From NCBI RefSeq assembly GCF_001194135.2, contig NC_068999.1:1404563-1468562 (forward strand): a stretch of 64,000 nucleotides of DNA, written 5' to 3'. Both the position numbers and the translations under genes were made by a program. Under the pieces are notes generated by a model. The model searched no databases, had not been told where the DNA came from, and was given only the letters and a program-made list of their open reading frames with translations. Source of the DNA: Octopus bimaculoides. Taxonomy: Eukaryota. Positions 12,605-25,904 of this stretch are shown here, one piece after another (position 1 is the first letter of the stretch; every line of letters begins with the position of its first letter).

Positions 12605-13789
12605 NNNNNNNNNNNNNNNNNNNNNNNNNNNNNNNNNNNNNNNNNNNNNNNNNNNNNNNNNNNNNNNNNNNNNNNNNNNNNNNNNNNNNNNNNNNNNNNN
12701 NNNNNNNNNNNNNNNNNNNNNNNNNNNNNNNNNNNNNNNNNNNNNNNNNNNNNNNNNNNNNNNNNNNNNNNNNNNNNNNNNNNNNNNNNNNNNNNNNNNN
12801 NNNNNNNNNNNNNNNNNNNNNNNNNNNNNNNNNNNNNNNNNNNNNNNNNNNNNNNNNNNNNNNNNNNNNNNNNNNNNNNNNNNNNNNNNNNNNNNNNNNN
12901 NNNNNNNNNNNNNNNNNNNNNNNNNNNNNNNNNNNNNNNNNNNNNNNNNNNNNNNNNNNNNNNNNNNNNNNNNNNNNNNNNNNNNNNNNNNNNNNNNNNN
13001 NNNNNNNNNNNNNNNNNNNNNNNNNNNNNNNNNNNNNNNNNNNNNNNNNNNNNNNNNNNTATATATGTATGTATATATATATCTGTGAAATGTTTGATAG
13101 ATAACTAACGAATACTGTTGATATCTAAAAGAGACAAGCACACAAGCAAACATTATTATTATAATCGTCTCCACTTTTGATCACCATAGCACCATAGGAT
13201 GCAAATAAAAGTGACGCGGAATACACTAGAAAGAGAGCAGAAAACATTTCACTGGATGTATATAAAAATTGAAAAGGAGATGAGAGGAATGGTAAAGTGA
13301 GATAAGTATTGAAAAGAAGCTTGCAATGATAAACAGAGACCATAAAATTTATGAAGAAAAAAATACAATTAGAATACAAACAGAAAATTTGTGTAAAAAA
13401 GCACTGTAAAAATATCAAATAAAAGCCACGTTGTATATTTGTAAAGTACAGGGAAATTAATATGATATTCTGGCAAACATCCGGGTATTTATGGTTTCTG
13501 CTCATTTATTGTCCTTCATTTTTATTTTAATATATATGTTCGCTTAATGTTTTTTCGCGTGCTTTATCTTCCGCCATTTTTGCCCAGATTACTCTTACTA
13601 AAACCAGCTTAGCAGACATCACATATATACATAAATATCGTGTCTATACATGTACCTATGTATGTTTGTACGTAGGTATCTACATATGTATGTACGCATG
13701 TATGTATGTGTGTGTCTCGATATTCGTATCCCTTTCCTTTTCTCTCTCTCCGACTCTTGCTTTAAACATATATGTGTGTATGTGTATAT

Positions 13790-13869
<80 letters not shown>

Positions 13870-14537
13870 NNNNNNNNNNNNNNNNNNNNNNNNNNNNNNN
13901 NNNNNNNNNNNNNNNNNNNNNNNNNNNNNNNNNNNNNNNNNNNNNNNNNNNNNNNNNNNNNNNNNNNNNNNNNNNNNNNNNNNNNNNNNNNNNNNNNNNN
14001 NNNNNNNNNNNNNNNNNNNNNNNNNNNNNNNNNNNNNNNNNNNNNNNNNNNNNNNNNNNNNNNTATATATACACGTTCATATGTATATTTTTGCAATATA
14101 TGTGCGTGTGTGTATTTATAACATATTCTTAAGGTGTAGTTATCAACACAACGTGTATTAACATGTGTGTGTGTCTGTTGTTTATGTGTGTGGTTGCATG
14201 TGTGTGTGTGTGTATGCGTGTGTGGAGAAAAAAATATGCATATATGTTTATACTTGGATATTGAAGCATTCATTTGTATGACTACGTGTGTGAAAGAGAG
14301 AAAGAGAGAGAAATAGAAAACAGAGAGAGGGTGGATGAGAGAGAACCTGTACACATACGCACGAAATTATATTTAAGTAATTTTTACAACTCTTGTAACC
14401 AATACTTAAAGGAGATTTACAATGAAATACACTCATCTGCACACATACACATACACATACACATAGACGCGCACACACACGCACACACATATATGTATAT
14501 GTATGTATGTATGTATGTGTGTGTGTGTGTATATATA

Positions 14538-14577
<40 letters not shown>

Positions 14578-15119
14578 TATGGTGTGGAAAAGTTAAATGG
14601 ACGCAAAATGAAAACCGCCAATAACACAAAGAACAACAATAATGTGCTACTAACAATAACAACAATATTAACGTCAACAAAATTAGAAAAAAAAATACAG
14701 ATCGGCAGCTATAAAACAACAAGAACAACAATATTTTGTGGATAGAAACAAATAATGGAAAAAATTATTCGAGAATAAAAAATTCAGGCAGTTAACGAAC
14801 ACATCCAACTGACATACGTAAAGACAAACATATATCTCCAGAATCACCATCGCCATCACCAATTACAACAACAACAAAGAACATGCATTAGTATTATCGC
14901 CGCCACCGCAGCCACTACCACCAGGAATATTTGGCAGTCAATTTGGGGAAGAAATTTAATTTACTTAATGTATTCATTTGAACCGTTCAGTCACCGACCA
15001 CACCCCGAACTTTCATTGCTTACATCAATCAGCCTCTTTTTATACCGAGCTCACAAAAGAACTTGTTCGTGAATGAGGTATAATGGTAGAAAGAACAGCT
15101 TAATCTCCCTCAAACCAAG

Positions 15120-15350
15120 CATTGGTGTCTTATATTACTTCCCAGATCTTGGCATTCGGCCATTCAATTCGGGGAGCGACTTAAGTAGATTTCATGAACC
15201 CCACTGTCCAATGAGTGAAAAGATATATCATCGATCCCGAAATTATAGTAGAAAAATTCCGACCTCGGCGGAATTTGAACTGAGAACGTAAGGCGGACGA
15301 AGTGCTGTTAATAGTATTTTACCCAGCGTCCTAATGATTCTTCCAGATCA
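15120..15350 (-). mobile_element. Family A tRNA-derived SINE, degenerate
   Basis: CCGACCTCGGCGGAATTTGAACTGAGAACGTAAGGCGGACGAA is the reverse complement of the head and B box of the copies at 40383 and 55150. Confidence 0.8.
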
Positions 15351-15384
15351 CAGCACTATTCGTTTCTTTGAATAACAAATATAT

Positions 15385-15710
15385 ATATCTTGATGGTCAG
15401 GCCTGGAATGTCTTTGATCGTAAGTGGGCTTAATAATTTCGAACTTGAGATGAAGCAAAACCATCAAAATGACATTCACATTAAGAACAACAACGATGAA
15501 GAGAGTGACACGGTGCCTCAAGTATCCTTTACCAATGAAAGAATTCAATAAAGATTCCCTATGAGGTTGATCAGTCTGCTAGAAGAAGCAGCCAAATGTT
15601 CCTTGAATGATACCTTTACGTGTTACATATATTGTAGATAAACGAGGCCATGGAGAAAGACGATGTGGCTATTGCATATCGTTCAGGGTTGACCTGGGGT
15701 CAAATATCAG
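15385..15710 (+). mobile_element. Two adjacent family F fragments
   Basis: GATGGTCAGGCCTGGAATGTCTTTGATC (15392), TGCTAGAAGAAGCAGCCAAATG (15577) and TCAGGGTTGACCTGGGGTCAAA (15683). Confidence 0.5.
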
Positions 15711-15717
15711 TATCGGG

Positions 15718-16180
15718 AGCAGCAGCAGCAGCAATAATAGCAACAATAGCAACATGAAGTTTAGCATGGTAAAGAGAACGATAAGAAATACTGTTAGTAA
15801 CATCATAACTACCATCGTGAACAACAAGAATATCATCTGCATCAACATTAGCATCACCACCATCACCGCCACCGCCACCTCCACCACCACCACCTCCACC
15901 ACCACCACAATTAACAATAATAATAAGAACAACTCCACCACCGCCACCACCACAGTGACCGTCGCCGGCACCGTCACTGCAGTGAACACTTCCGCCGTCG
16001 CCACCAAAACAGCAATTAACAGTATCAACTCCACCACCACTACCATCAGCATCACCAGCCAGAGCAACCACGGAGCAAAAATTACATAATTCCAGACTAC
16101 GACATCGTTATCCTCCATTGTTAACAACAACAACAACAATAACGACGACAACAAAGACAACAACATCAGCAAAAACATAA
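15718..16180. repeat. Degenerate triplet-periodic low-complexity tract (CAC/AAC/AGC)
   Basis: Triplet periodicity gives overlapping Thr-rich, Val-rich and Gly-rich ORFs on both strands. Confidence 0.85.
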
Positions 16181-17445
16181 CTGACATGGCTACTGTTACA
16201 AATGCCATTTCGTTGCTCAGCAACCAGGAATGTTCTTCCCCCTCCCCTTCCACTGTTATATTGAAACTCAATGTATTTGGATATTTCATTGGTTCTTATC
16301 AGAGAAACGAGGCCAAACTCTGCAGAACGTGGGTGACGGTGGCGGATGGAAGGAAGTGTATCAACGAACAATACACGTCTCCACCCTTAACAACTGCCGT
16401 CAATTTCACTAAACTTCAGTTTCATTCCCAACAGCCAACAGTCTGGTCGTTAACCTCAAAACCACATTCTAAACATGTCACCTTATTTGTAAAAGGCAAC
16501 CAGCCTGAGAGGGCCACGTGGCATCTGAAGGTGCAGTTGGACTCAACACGTCTATGAAGCTTTGTTTGTTTGTTGTTGTTGTTTTGGTTTCTTTCCATCC
16601 TGAACTGCTAGCAGCCAGTCCAGGGTGGAAGTTGAGCACCCTCGAGAAAAGGCTTCTTTATTGATGGTTTCACAATGAATTTTCTTTTACAGATCTCTGA
16701 CGAGAGTTCCAATACGAAACTTTTGATCTGGTAACCGATTATAGGAAACACAATTCTATTTACGATCGATTCGTACTGTTCATATGCCGGGGTCACAGCG
16801 AGAGTTTAGAGGCAGAAAAAGTATCAACATCATCATCATCATCATCATCATCACCATGATCATCATCGCCATCATCCTAATCATCGTCATCATCGTCGTT
16901 GTCGTTCACCGCATTCAGGTTTCAAGCCAATATTTTTCTCACTTGCTGCAGGTAGTCTTTCTGTTTTTTTGTTTTTTTTTCATACCGTTGTGCTTAATTC
17001 CTTTTGGCCACCACTACGAATGCATCAACTGGTGCCGCTGATGATGCTACAACGGTTAATTCTATATCTAAAGCACGTTATTATCGTTTTCATAATAATC
17101 ATAAAATTTTTTGTTTTACCTTTCATATTATCGTTGGCAAATATGTCCACATTGTATACTTGCCACTACTACATCGTCCATCATTATCAAACAGATGCGA
17201 GACACAAACCGCTTAGAGAAGCTAGTAATCAGATCTAAATGTCCTGGGTTGGTATTGAACCTGAAACCTAGAACAAAACCAAAAACACTTTTGCATGTCC
17301 AAGCCCCTTCTGCACGTGACAATATTTGATGTATATATAGCAACCAAATAATTAATTAACAAGTTTACTGACACATCCTTCCAGAGTGATCAAAGTTAAT
17401 GGATGTGTGATGATTCCTCAAAAGTATGCCGAGATATTTTATCAG

Positions 17446-17487
17446 TTCAGTCATTCGGTCATCCGGTCATTCGGTCATTCGGTCATG
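17446..17487. repeat. 8-bp tandem repeat (CGGTCATT), about 5 copies
   Basis: ...TTCAGTCATTCGGTCATCCGGTCATTCGGTCATTCGGTCATGC. Confidence 0.85.
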
Positions 17488-18002
17488 CAAACATTTGTGT
17501 TTGGTTAATTTAAAAATTTAACAGATAATTAAAGACCAAAACAGGAGCGAATTTTATTCAGCAAATATTTAAAAGGCAAAATAATTAATTCACGAGTACA
17601 TACGCAAGGAGAATGACGACGGGGAGAAAGAAAGAGAGAGAGAGAGGGGCTGGAAGAGAATGAATTGAGCATAAATGAAATGTATAAGACGAAAGACGGA
17701 GAGAATGAATAATAAACGAAGGAGGAAGGAAAGAGGATATGAAAATAGAGTCCATTAAGATAATGGATTTTAGTATATATTGTATGTTTTTGTTGTTATA
17801 TTTTGGGTATTTTTTTAATTCTATTTTATCTTATATCAGAAGAAATAATATTAATTGATTGTGATCCATCGTCAATGTAAGAATAACGAAAACGAAATAC
17901 ACAAATAGCAACAAGAAGAATTACAGCACCATTCCTAATGACAAAAACATTAGACACCTTTAAAGGATGTATTTATTAAATTATGCTTCATACATACATA
18001 CA

Positions 18003-18052
<50 letters not shown>

Positions 18053-18146
18053 CACTTATAGATACATACATACATATATGTGTNNNNNNNNNNNNNNNNN
18101 NNNNNNNNNNNNNNNNNNNNNNNNNNNNNNNNNNNNNNNNNNNNNN

Positions 18147-18180
<34 letters not shown>

Positions 18181-18623
18181 GTAAAAATACTACTTTAATA
18201 ACAGGAAGGCGATGACGACGCAGGATATACAAGAAAAAAAAAGAGGGAAATCGTGGTAAAAGCCGAGAAGAAGGAGAAGCGAAAATTAACCATCAGAACG
18301 CTCATTACTCCACACCTCACGTCAGACACTAATCACAAGGAAATGACACACAACGACGAAAAGAAAACCATAAAAGCAAAACTATTATATTACTTATCAG
18401 AAGATATCTCTACTAAATTGATATAAAATGAGATTCTGGCACTCTTTCTTCCTTCGTTCTTTTCATTCCTTCTTTATTCTTTCTTTCTTTCTTTCTTTCT
18501 CTAATCTTATCTTAATGGCGTCACTCTTTATTAAGAAGTACGTCGAACGGGAGCTAAAAAATACCTATGTGCAAACAGTAGTATATCCAAATATACTCAC
18601 AGGCATTCATACATGCGTGTGTG

Positions 18624-18690
<67 letters not shown>

Positions 18691-19191
18691 ATGTGTGCGT
18701 GCCTCTGTGAGTAGGCATGTGTACGTGTGTGTGTACATACTAACGCACTCACATATATATATATACAATCATATATATATTAATATATATCAACACAAAG
18801 ATACATATCGATAAGATATAACTTGCATGTCTATGTAAAATACCAAAACATATTTAGATAGATATACATCTAGAGATAAAATTCTACCTAAATATACAGA
18901 GAGAGACACACACATATTGATAAAGGGAAGAAAATGTGTATGAGAACCGAAACGTGTATAATGTATGAAAAATGTGTGTTATTAAATCAATAATGATTAG
19001 CTAATATGGTTGATATTAACAGAAATGGAACTTGTCAAAACAAGAGATGATAAACGGGAGTAAGTAAAATATCAGCCGTTTTGACATGAAAGTATTTTGT
19101 GCAGTTTCACATATAAATATACGAGACATATGTCTTAAAAACATACGTACACATAAATACGTTTGTATGTGTATGTATATATACAAATATA

Positions 19192-19327
19192 GGTGTAGGA
19201 GTGGCTGTGTGGTAAGTAGCTTGCTACCCAACCGTATGGTTTGCGTTCAGTCCCACTGCGTGGCACTTTGGGGCAAATGTCTTTTAGTATAGCCTCTGCC
19301 CGACCAAAGCCTTGCAAGTGGATTTGG

Positions 19328-19370
<43 letters not shown>
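19192..19370 (+). mobile_element. Family B tRNA-derived CORE-like SINE head (best-preserved copy) running into (TA)n
   Basis: A-box-like TGGCTGTGTGG, B-box-like GCGTTCAGTCCC and CORE-like TGCGTGGCACTTTGGGGCAAATGTCTT, then CCGACCAAAGCCTTGCAAGTGGATTTGGTA, then (TA)n and a gap. Confidence 0.9.
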
Positions 19371-19410
19371 NNNNNNNNNNNNNNNNNNNNNNNNNNNNNN
19401 NNNNNNNNNN

Positions 19411-19454
<44 letters not shown>

Positions 19455-20254
19455 GTGTACATGAATGTGTGTAAGAATTGGTGGATCACTGGTGAATCTA
19501 TTTCGTTGCATTTACTTTGATCATCGATAAAATAATGAAGTCGATAAAAAAAAAGGTGATGCCTTGCGCCATCTTCTGTATAAGAATATAAACATGTTTA
19601 CTGTAGCTCTATTGCTCCTGAAGCAAAGAGCATGTGTCTGCGTGGTTACAAGATTTACTAGATATAACAACTAAATTTGGCAGAAATATAGCGTCGAATT
19701 TTAAACAAAGATTTATCGTGTGATGAATTTCTAGATAAATACGACGAGATAATCACTGCTGAAAGACCTTTGATCGTACGTTAGATCGATCATGGATCTG
19801 TTGGATTTCTATAACAACAACATTAACACCACGTGTTACCTTGGGGCCACATTGAAAGCCTGTTGTTTATAACAGCATAAAATATCCAATATGCAAGAAA
19901 TTTATTTGCTGAAGCTCTTAGAATATTAATCTCCCTCGTCAATAGATACTTTGAAGCAATTCCCATTGTTCAGAAACGTACGGATGAACTGTTTTAGTAA
20001 AACTCTTTGAAACATCATGCGAAACATCAGATAATTGATGTTCTTATCCATAAAAGTCTTCAACAAGAACTTCGCAAATATTTCACATTTCAAAGCGAAG
20101 CATTGTGTTATTGTAAATGTTATAATGGATGACGCTTTCCGGATGCTATGCATCCACAAATCTTCATCCGTTATATTATTTCAACATGTTATTGTACAAT
20201 ACATGCAATACATAAAAACAAGTATGGGAAACACCGCTGTTTAAGACGGTGACT

Positions 20255-20365
20255 ACTTGGCCACATGGTTAGAGCGTTGGGTAGAATACTCTTCCATATT
20301 TATTTCAATTTTCTATGCGCTGAGTTCAAATTCCGCCGAAATCAAATTTAAATTATATCCTATTA
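20255..20365 (+). mobile_element. Partial tRNA-derived SINE head (family A-like)
   Basis: TGGCCACATGGTTAGAGCG (A box) and CTGAGTTCAAATTCCGCCGA (B box as in family A). Confidence 0.6.
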
Positions 20366-22488
20366 GAATGTGACTTGACAGTACTGTTAGATGTTTCGGA
20401 AGGTGTCTTGCACCATTACTTCCAGCTATATGCTTTAAATGGTGGTTGAGGCTACAAAGAATGCAAAAAACGGTTAAGACCCACTGATTTCATGAAAGTT
20501 TAAGCAAGCAAGACAACCTGGAAACTGAACGTTAAAAATAGGTCACAGTACAACGGTACTTTTGGGGATATTTCTTCCGTGAGTACATATTTAGCCGCGC
20601 GTGTGCGTGTATCTGTCAGTCTGTCCGTCTGTGTCTGTTTCTAAATCTTTCTTTTCTATTTTGGTGGGCTTTTGGCGCCAATTTCCTTCTCAAGAACATG
20701 CAATGTACTTCCTATATCGGAAACTGTCCTAAAGCTATCGACCTTACACTGAAATTAAAAATTAAAAGCCAAAGAATCACTTTATAATTCATAAACTTTG
20801 GCACACCGGTAATTAACTGTAAATGCAACTCTAATACGAGAGTGTTGGAAAGAGCAGTCGAATCCTTCGGAAATTGTATTTCATCAGGTTTCCTCATCAA
20901 TACTGTCTTAATAATGAATGAAAAACAACTAGAAAAACAAAATTGCTGCAGAGGATTGGACGGCCGTTGACGAAAGCTTTAATTAAACAGATTTGAACAG
21001 GAGATCATCAACTCGGTGTGGCGTCACTGCTGATATCTGCGTAAACTGGAATTTTTCCATTTAATTATCTTGATTAGTTAATTAGCTAACATTATATCGT
21101 TGTTCCACTGCCGCGTTAAGATGTCTTCTACCCCATTTGCATTTAAATCGAATTCAATGAAAATTATTATTGTGAATTATCATAAATATTTGCATAAATC
21201 ACCATAATGTATTGCGTCAGATGTATCGATGAATCAAAGCTATTTTATTTCAATGTTAATGTTATATTTATTAAAATGTTAAACCCAAGAAAATATCGCT
21301 GCAAATATTTTATATCTCTCTCGGAAATGATGCGTTCAAATTATATATNNNNNNNNNNNNNNNNNNNNNNNNNNNNNNNNNNNNNNNNNNNNNNNNNNNN
21401 NNNNNNNNNNNNNNNNNNNNNNNNNNNNNNNNNNNNNNNNNNNNNNNNNNNNNNNNNNATATATATATATATATATATACAAGTGTGTGTGTTTGTATCA
21501 GGTATGTACCGTCAGTAATTACTCAGAGTAAGAAGTTGGTGACATTTATGTAGTAGAACACACAAAAATAAGCGACACACAGGCTCGTGAGTGAGTTGAA
21601 GGTAGACTTACTTCTGCCTTTATAGCACGTGTTCTACACCAGGACTATGTGTAGCTTTAATACTGAGATTGAAAAGCAGGAGCGAATGATGCCTACATAA
21701 TCTACAAAAAATAAATAAAATATTTTGCATTTTATGCATAGCAATGAGATTAACCTCCATAATTTTATTGAATTAGGTGCATATTTTGCGATAAAAGCAA
21801 AATGCTGCTATCGATCTATTTTATTTAAGGAAGGCACTGTCTACCTTAAATAAAATATCTCGAACGTGCCTTCCTTGCCTAGCTAGGCGACACATCCCTT
21901 ATCACAACTGCCTGAAGAACGATCACGTGAAACTCTTGGGAGCAAATGTTTTATCGAAATGGCTTCCATTTGTGTCTTTCGTTGTTCGAAAAAATAATTC
22001 AAATTCCATGTACTCGTACTTCGTATTTTTTGTTGTACACATTTCATGAAGTTCAGTGCCCACATATGCTTATATATATACGTATAGATGTATGTACATA
22101 TATGAATGTATATATGAATGTACATATATGAATGTATATNNNNNNNNNNNNNNNNNNNNNNNNNNNNNNNNNNNNNNNNNNNNNNNNNNNNNNNNNNNNN
22201 NNNNNNNNNNNNNNNNNNNNNNNNNNNNNNNNNNNNNNNNNNNNNNNNNNNNNNNNNNNNNNNNNNNNNNNNNNNNNNNNNNNNNNNNNNNNNNNNNNNN
22301 NNNNNNNNNNNNNNNNNNNNNNNNNNNNNNNNNNNNNNNNNNNNNNNNNNNNNNNNNNNNNNNNNNNNNNNNNNNNNNNNNNNNNNNNNNNNNNNNNNNN
22401 NNNNNNNNNNNNNNNNNNNNNNNNNNNNNNNNNNNNNNNNNNNNNNNNNNNNNNNNNTATATATATACATATATATACATATACATAC

Positions 22489-22540
<52 letters not shown>

Positions 22541-22809
22541 ATATATCTGTATCTATATATAGAACACATCCTGCGTGAAAGCAGGAGCAGAAAAGTACTG
22601 TTTCACATCAAAGTGTGATATTTAATTACGAGTTAGTCTCAATATATATCTATCAGGAATTCTTACTGCGCCAATCAAAATCGTCTGCTTATCTTGAATT
22701 TCATCTGTTACCCTAATTACACGTCATTGGTTCTCTTTGGTGATATTGCATGATAAAAGTGCATATATCTACAGGCACATACATATAAACACATCCGTGT
22801 AAACATAAA

Positions 22810-22861
22810 TATATATGTGTATATATACATACATATACATACACACATATATATATATACA

Positions 22862-22960
<99 letters not shown>

Positions 22961-23271
22961 GCGCACACATATATATATATATATATTGCTTGTTTGTGCA
23001 CATGTGTATGGGTCAGTGTCCATGCGCATACACATATGTATGCATGCATGTATATATGTATGAATGCTTGTGTGTGTATGTATATATATATATATATATA
23101 TGTGTGTTCGTGTGTACATGTGTATACGTTTATATGTATGTATTCTGCATAACAGACGCACGTACATAGTCGCAAAAAGCCATACACGGACACACTCAGA
23201 CATGTACACACAAGGAAGCAGAAATACACACACACATGCAAACACACACCCAATGCAAATACTCACATGCA

Positions 23272-23352
<81 letters not shown>
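22810..23352. repeat. Long alternating purine-pyrimidine tract, (TA)n/(CA)n/(TG)n, ending in pure (CA)n at about 23273-23351
   Basis: Direct reading. Confidence 0.95.
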
Positions 23353-23353
<1 letters not shown>

Positions 23354-23603
23354 ACAAACACAAACACACAAATAAACACAACGCAGCTAGGACAACAAGA
23401 CAGAGCCAGCGACTATTGAAAAGGTTGCAAGACGCAACGAAGATTTTAGGAAAAATAAATAAGTACATGAGTGGAAAATTCACCGGTGTGTGTGTTAAAT
23501 AATAAGAAACTAAAAGAGAATGACTCTCCTCAGACACAACGGAATATGCTTCAACACACGAACTCACATAAAGAATCTTGCAAACCAAACCCCAAAACGA
23601 AGA

Positions 23604-23634
<31 letters not shown>

Positions 23635-25849
23635 ATTACAAATACACTTATATAGATATGCTAACGCACTAGCACGTAGTACACACACACACGTGCGCAC
23701 ATACACACACATATACACATACATATATATTAGTCTGGTAAGATTTATCGAAAACGACCATAATTTGCTTCCTTCGATATATCCAGTTAGTTTCTCTTTC
23801 AATTATAGACAAAGCACTGGAATCTGAAATAGTTTTGCAGAATCTGTAGAGAATTGGTACCAAATTGCCAAGTGCACGTTTATTGTTAATGCTAGAGAAG
23901 GAAACCCAAGAGGTGACGGAGTTCTATTATGATTATATCGTATAAACTGTCGTCTGTAGATATCAACTTACCAAAGAAGATGTAAATACTTGCATATATA
24001 TGTATATATGGGTGTATGTGAATGTATTTGTGTATATCTGTCTGCATTCACACAAACACGTACACACACACATATATCTATATACATATGTACATAATCA
24101 TAAATATATAGGGCTTAGCATGAGATGCTTCACCAACATACTGAAAATTTAGAAATAGCAGTCAAAGTACTACTGATTCCAAACTACAAATTTTTCTCTA
24201 ACGGATGGCGATATTTATGGCACACACAGAACAAAAACAGAAGAGAAAAGCAACAACAAACCTGCCTTTAGTTAACCATGTACGACGTTTCACGGTTAAG
24301 AGTATAAAGCTACCCTAATCCGATCATCAGTATGGTGTTCGATAAATNNNNNNNNNNNNNNNNNNNNNNNNNNNNNNNNNNNNNNNNNNNNNNNNNNNNN
24401 NNNNNNNNNNNNNNNNNNNNNNNNNNNNNNNNNNNNNNNNNNNNNNNNNNNNNNNNNNNNNNNNNNNNNNNNNNNNNNNNNNNNNNNNNNNNNNNNNNNN
24501 NNNNNNNNNNNNNNNNNNNNNNNNNNNNNNNNNNNNNNNNNNNNNNNNNNNNNNNNNNNNNNNNNNNNNNNNNNNNNNNNNNNNNNNNNNNNNNNNNNNN
24601 NNNNNNNNNNNNNNNNNNNNNNNNNNNNNNNNNNNNNNNNNNNNNNNNNNNNNNNNNNNNNNNNNNNNNNNNNNNNNNNNNNNNNNNNNNNNNNNNNNNN
24701 NNNNNNNNNNNNNNNNNNNNNNNNNNNNNNNNNNNNNNNNNNNNNNNNNNNNNNNNNNNNNNNNNNNNNNNNNNNNNNNNNNNNNNNNNNNNNNNNNNNN
24801 NNNNNNNNNNNNNNNNNNNNNNNNNNNNNNNNNNNNNNNNNNNNNNNNNNNNNNNNNNNNNNNNNNNNNNNNNNNNNNNNNNNNNNNNNNNNNNNNNNNN
24901 NNNNNNNNNNNNNNNNNNNNNNNNNNNNNNNNNNNNNNNNNNNNNNNNNNNNNNNNNNNNNNNNNNNNNNNNNNNNNNNNNNNNNNNNNNNNNNNNNNNN
25001 NNNNNNNNNNNNNNNNNNNNNNNNNNNNNNNNNNNNNNNNNNNNNNNNNNNNATATATATATATATATAATAGATACATACGTATATATATGTATTTCTA
25101 TAGATCAATACAAAGACATATAAACTCAGGCATAGACACCCACACAGACATACGCACACACGCATACATATGTACGTATACATACACACAAACACTCATA
25201 CTTCATGTTCTATGTGATAGTAAGTAATCGTCAATTGCAAGTGATCAAAATATCGAATTAGTCTATAGCTTAAATTATTATCTGTCCGAAACTGCGTCGC
25301 CGTCGCTTCCACACCAGCACCCTAACATCCTAACATCGTATCATGCACCTCTGTCTTACTGAATTAAAATCATTCTGAAAATGTGCGGAATATATGTAGG
25401 TGCATCGTGGTACTTGACATTTTCCGTCTGTGAATTGTAACTTGCATTGATATCAAGACACTTCAGCTGTTAATATTTGTGTGGAAGTGTAAGTATGAAC
25501 TTGCGTATTGGAGGTGTGTATATGCATACACACACATACACTCACACACAGACATACACTTATATATGTGTCTGAATGTATGTATCTAAGTAGTTCTGTA
25601 TGTATAGGAAGCAGGTATGGGTAGGACTGTGCGTATGCGGTGAAGAATTTGATAACATTCAGTTATTCACATTTTAGCTTTTCATCTAATTGATTTATAT
25701 TTCTGTTTAAATTTTATTATCATATACGTTTATTTCATTTCTTTGTTCCAGGGAAATGAAGAGAAAAAGCATTAACGCAGACGCACACACGCACACCCAA
25801 CGATATATCTGCATGTATGTGTGTGCAAGTGTGTAGATATGCGTGGGAA

Positions 25850-25904
<55 letters not shown>

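Noticed and set aside
19192-19262. tRNA-like A and B boxes considered as tRNA genes (also 42472, 40383, 55150, 35969)
   Set aside because: There is no complete cloverleaf or acceptor stem, and each continues into a shared SINE core.
20790-21050. Possible Tc1 remnant (GGTGTGCCAAAGTTT TIR-like motif on the minus strand; EDWTAVDESL peptide)
   Set aside because: There is no matching second TIR, and the peptide similarity is too weak to support.
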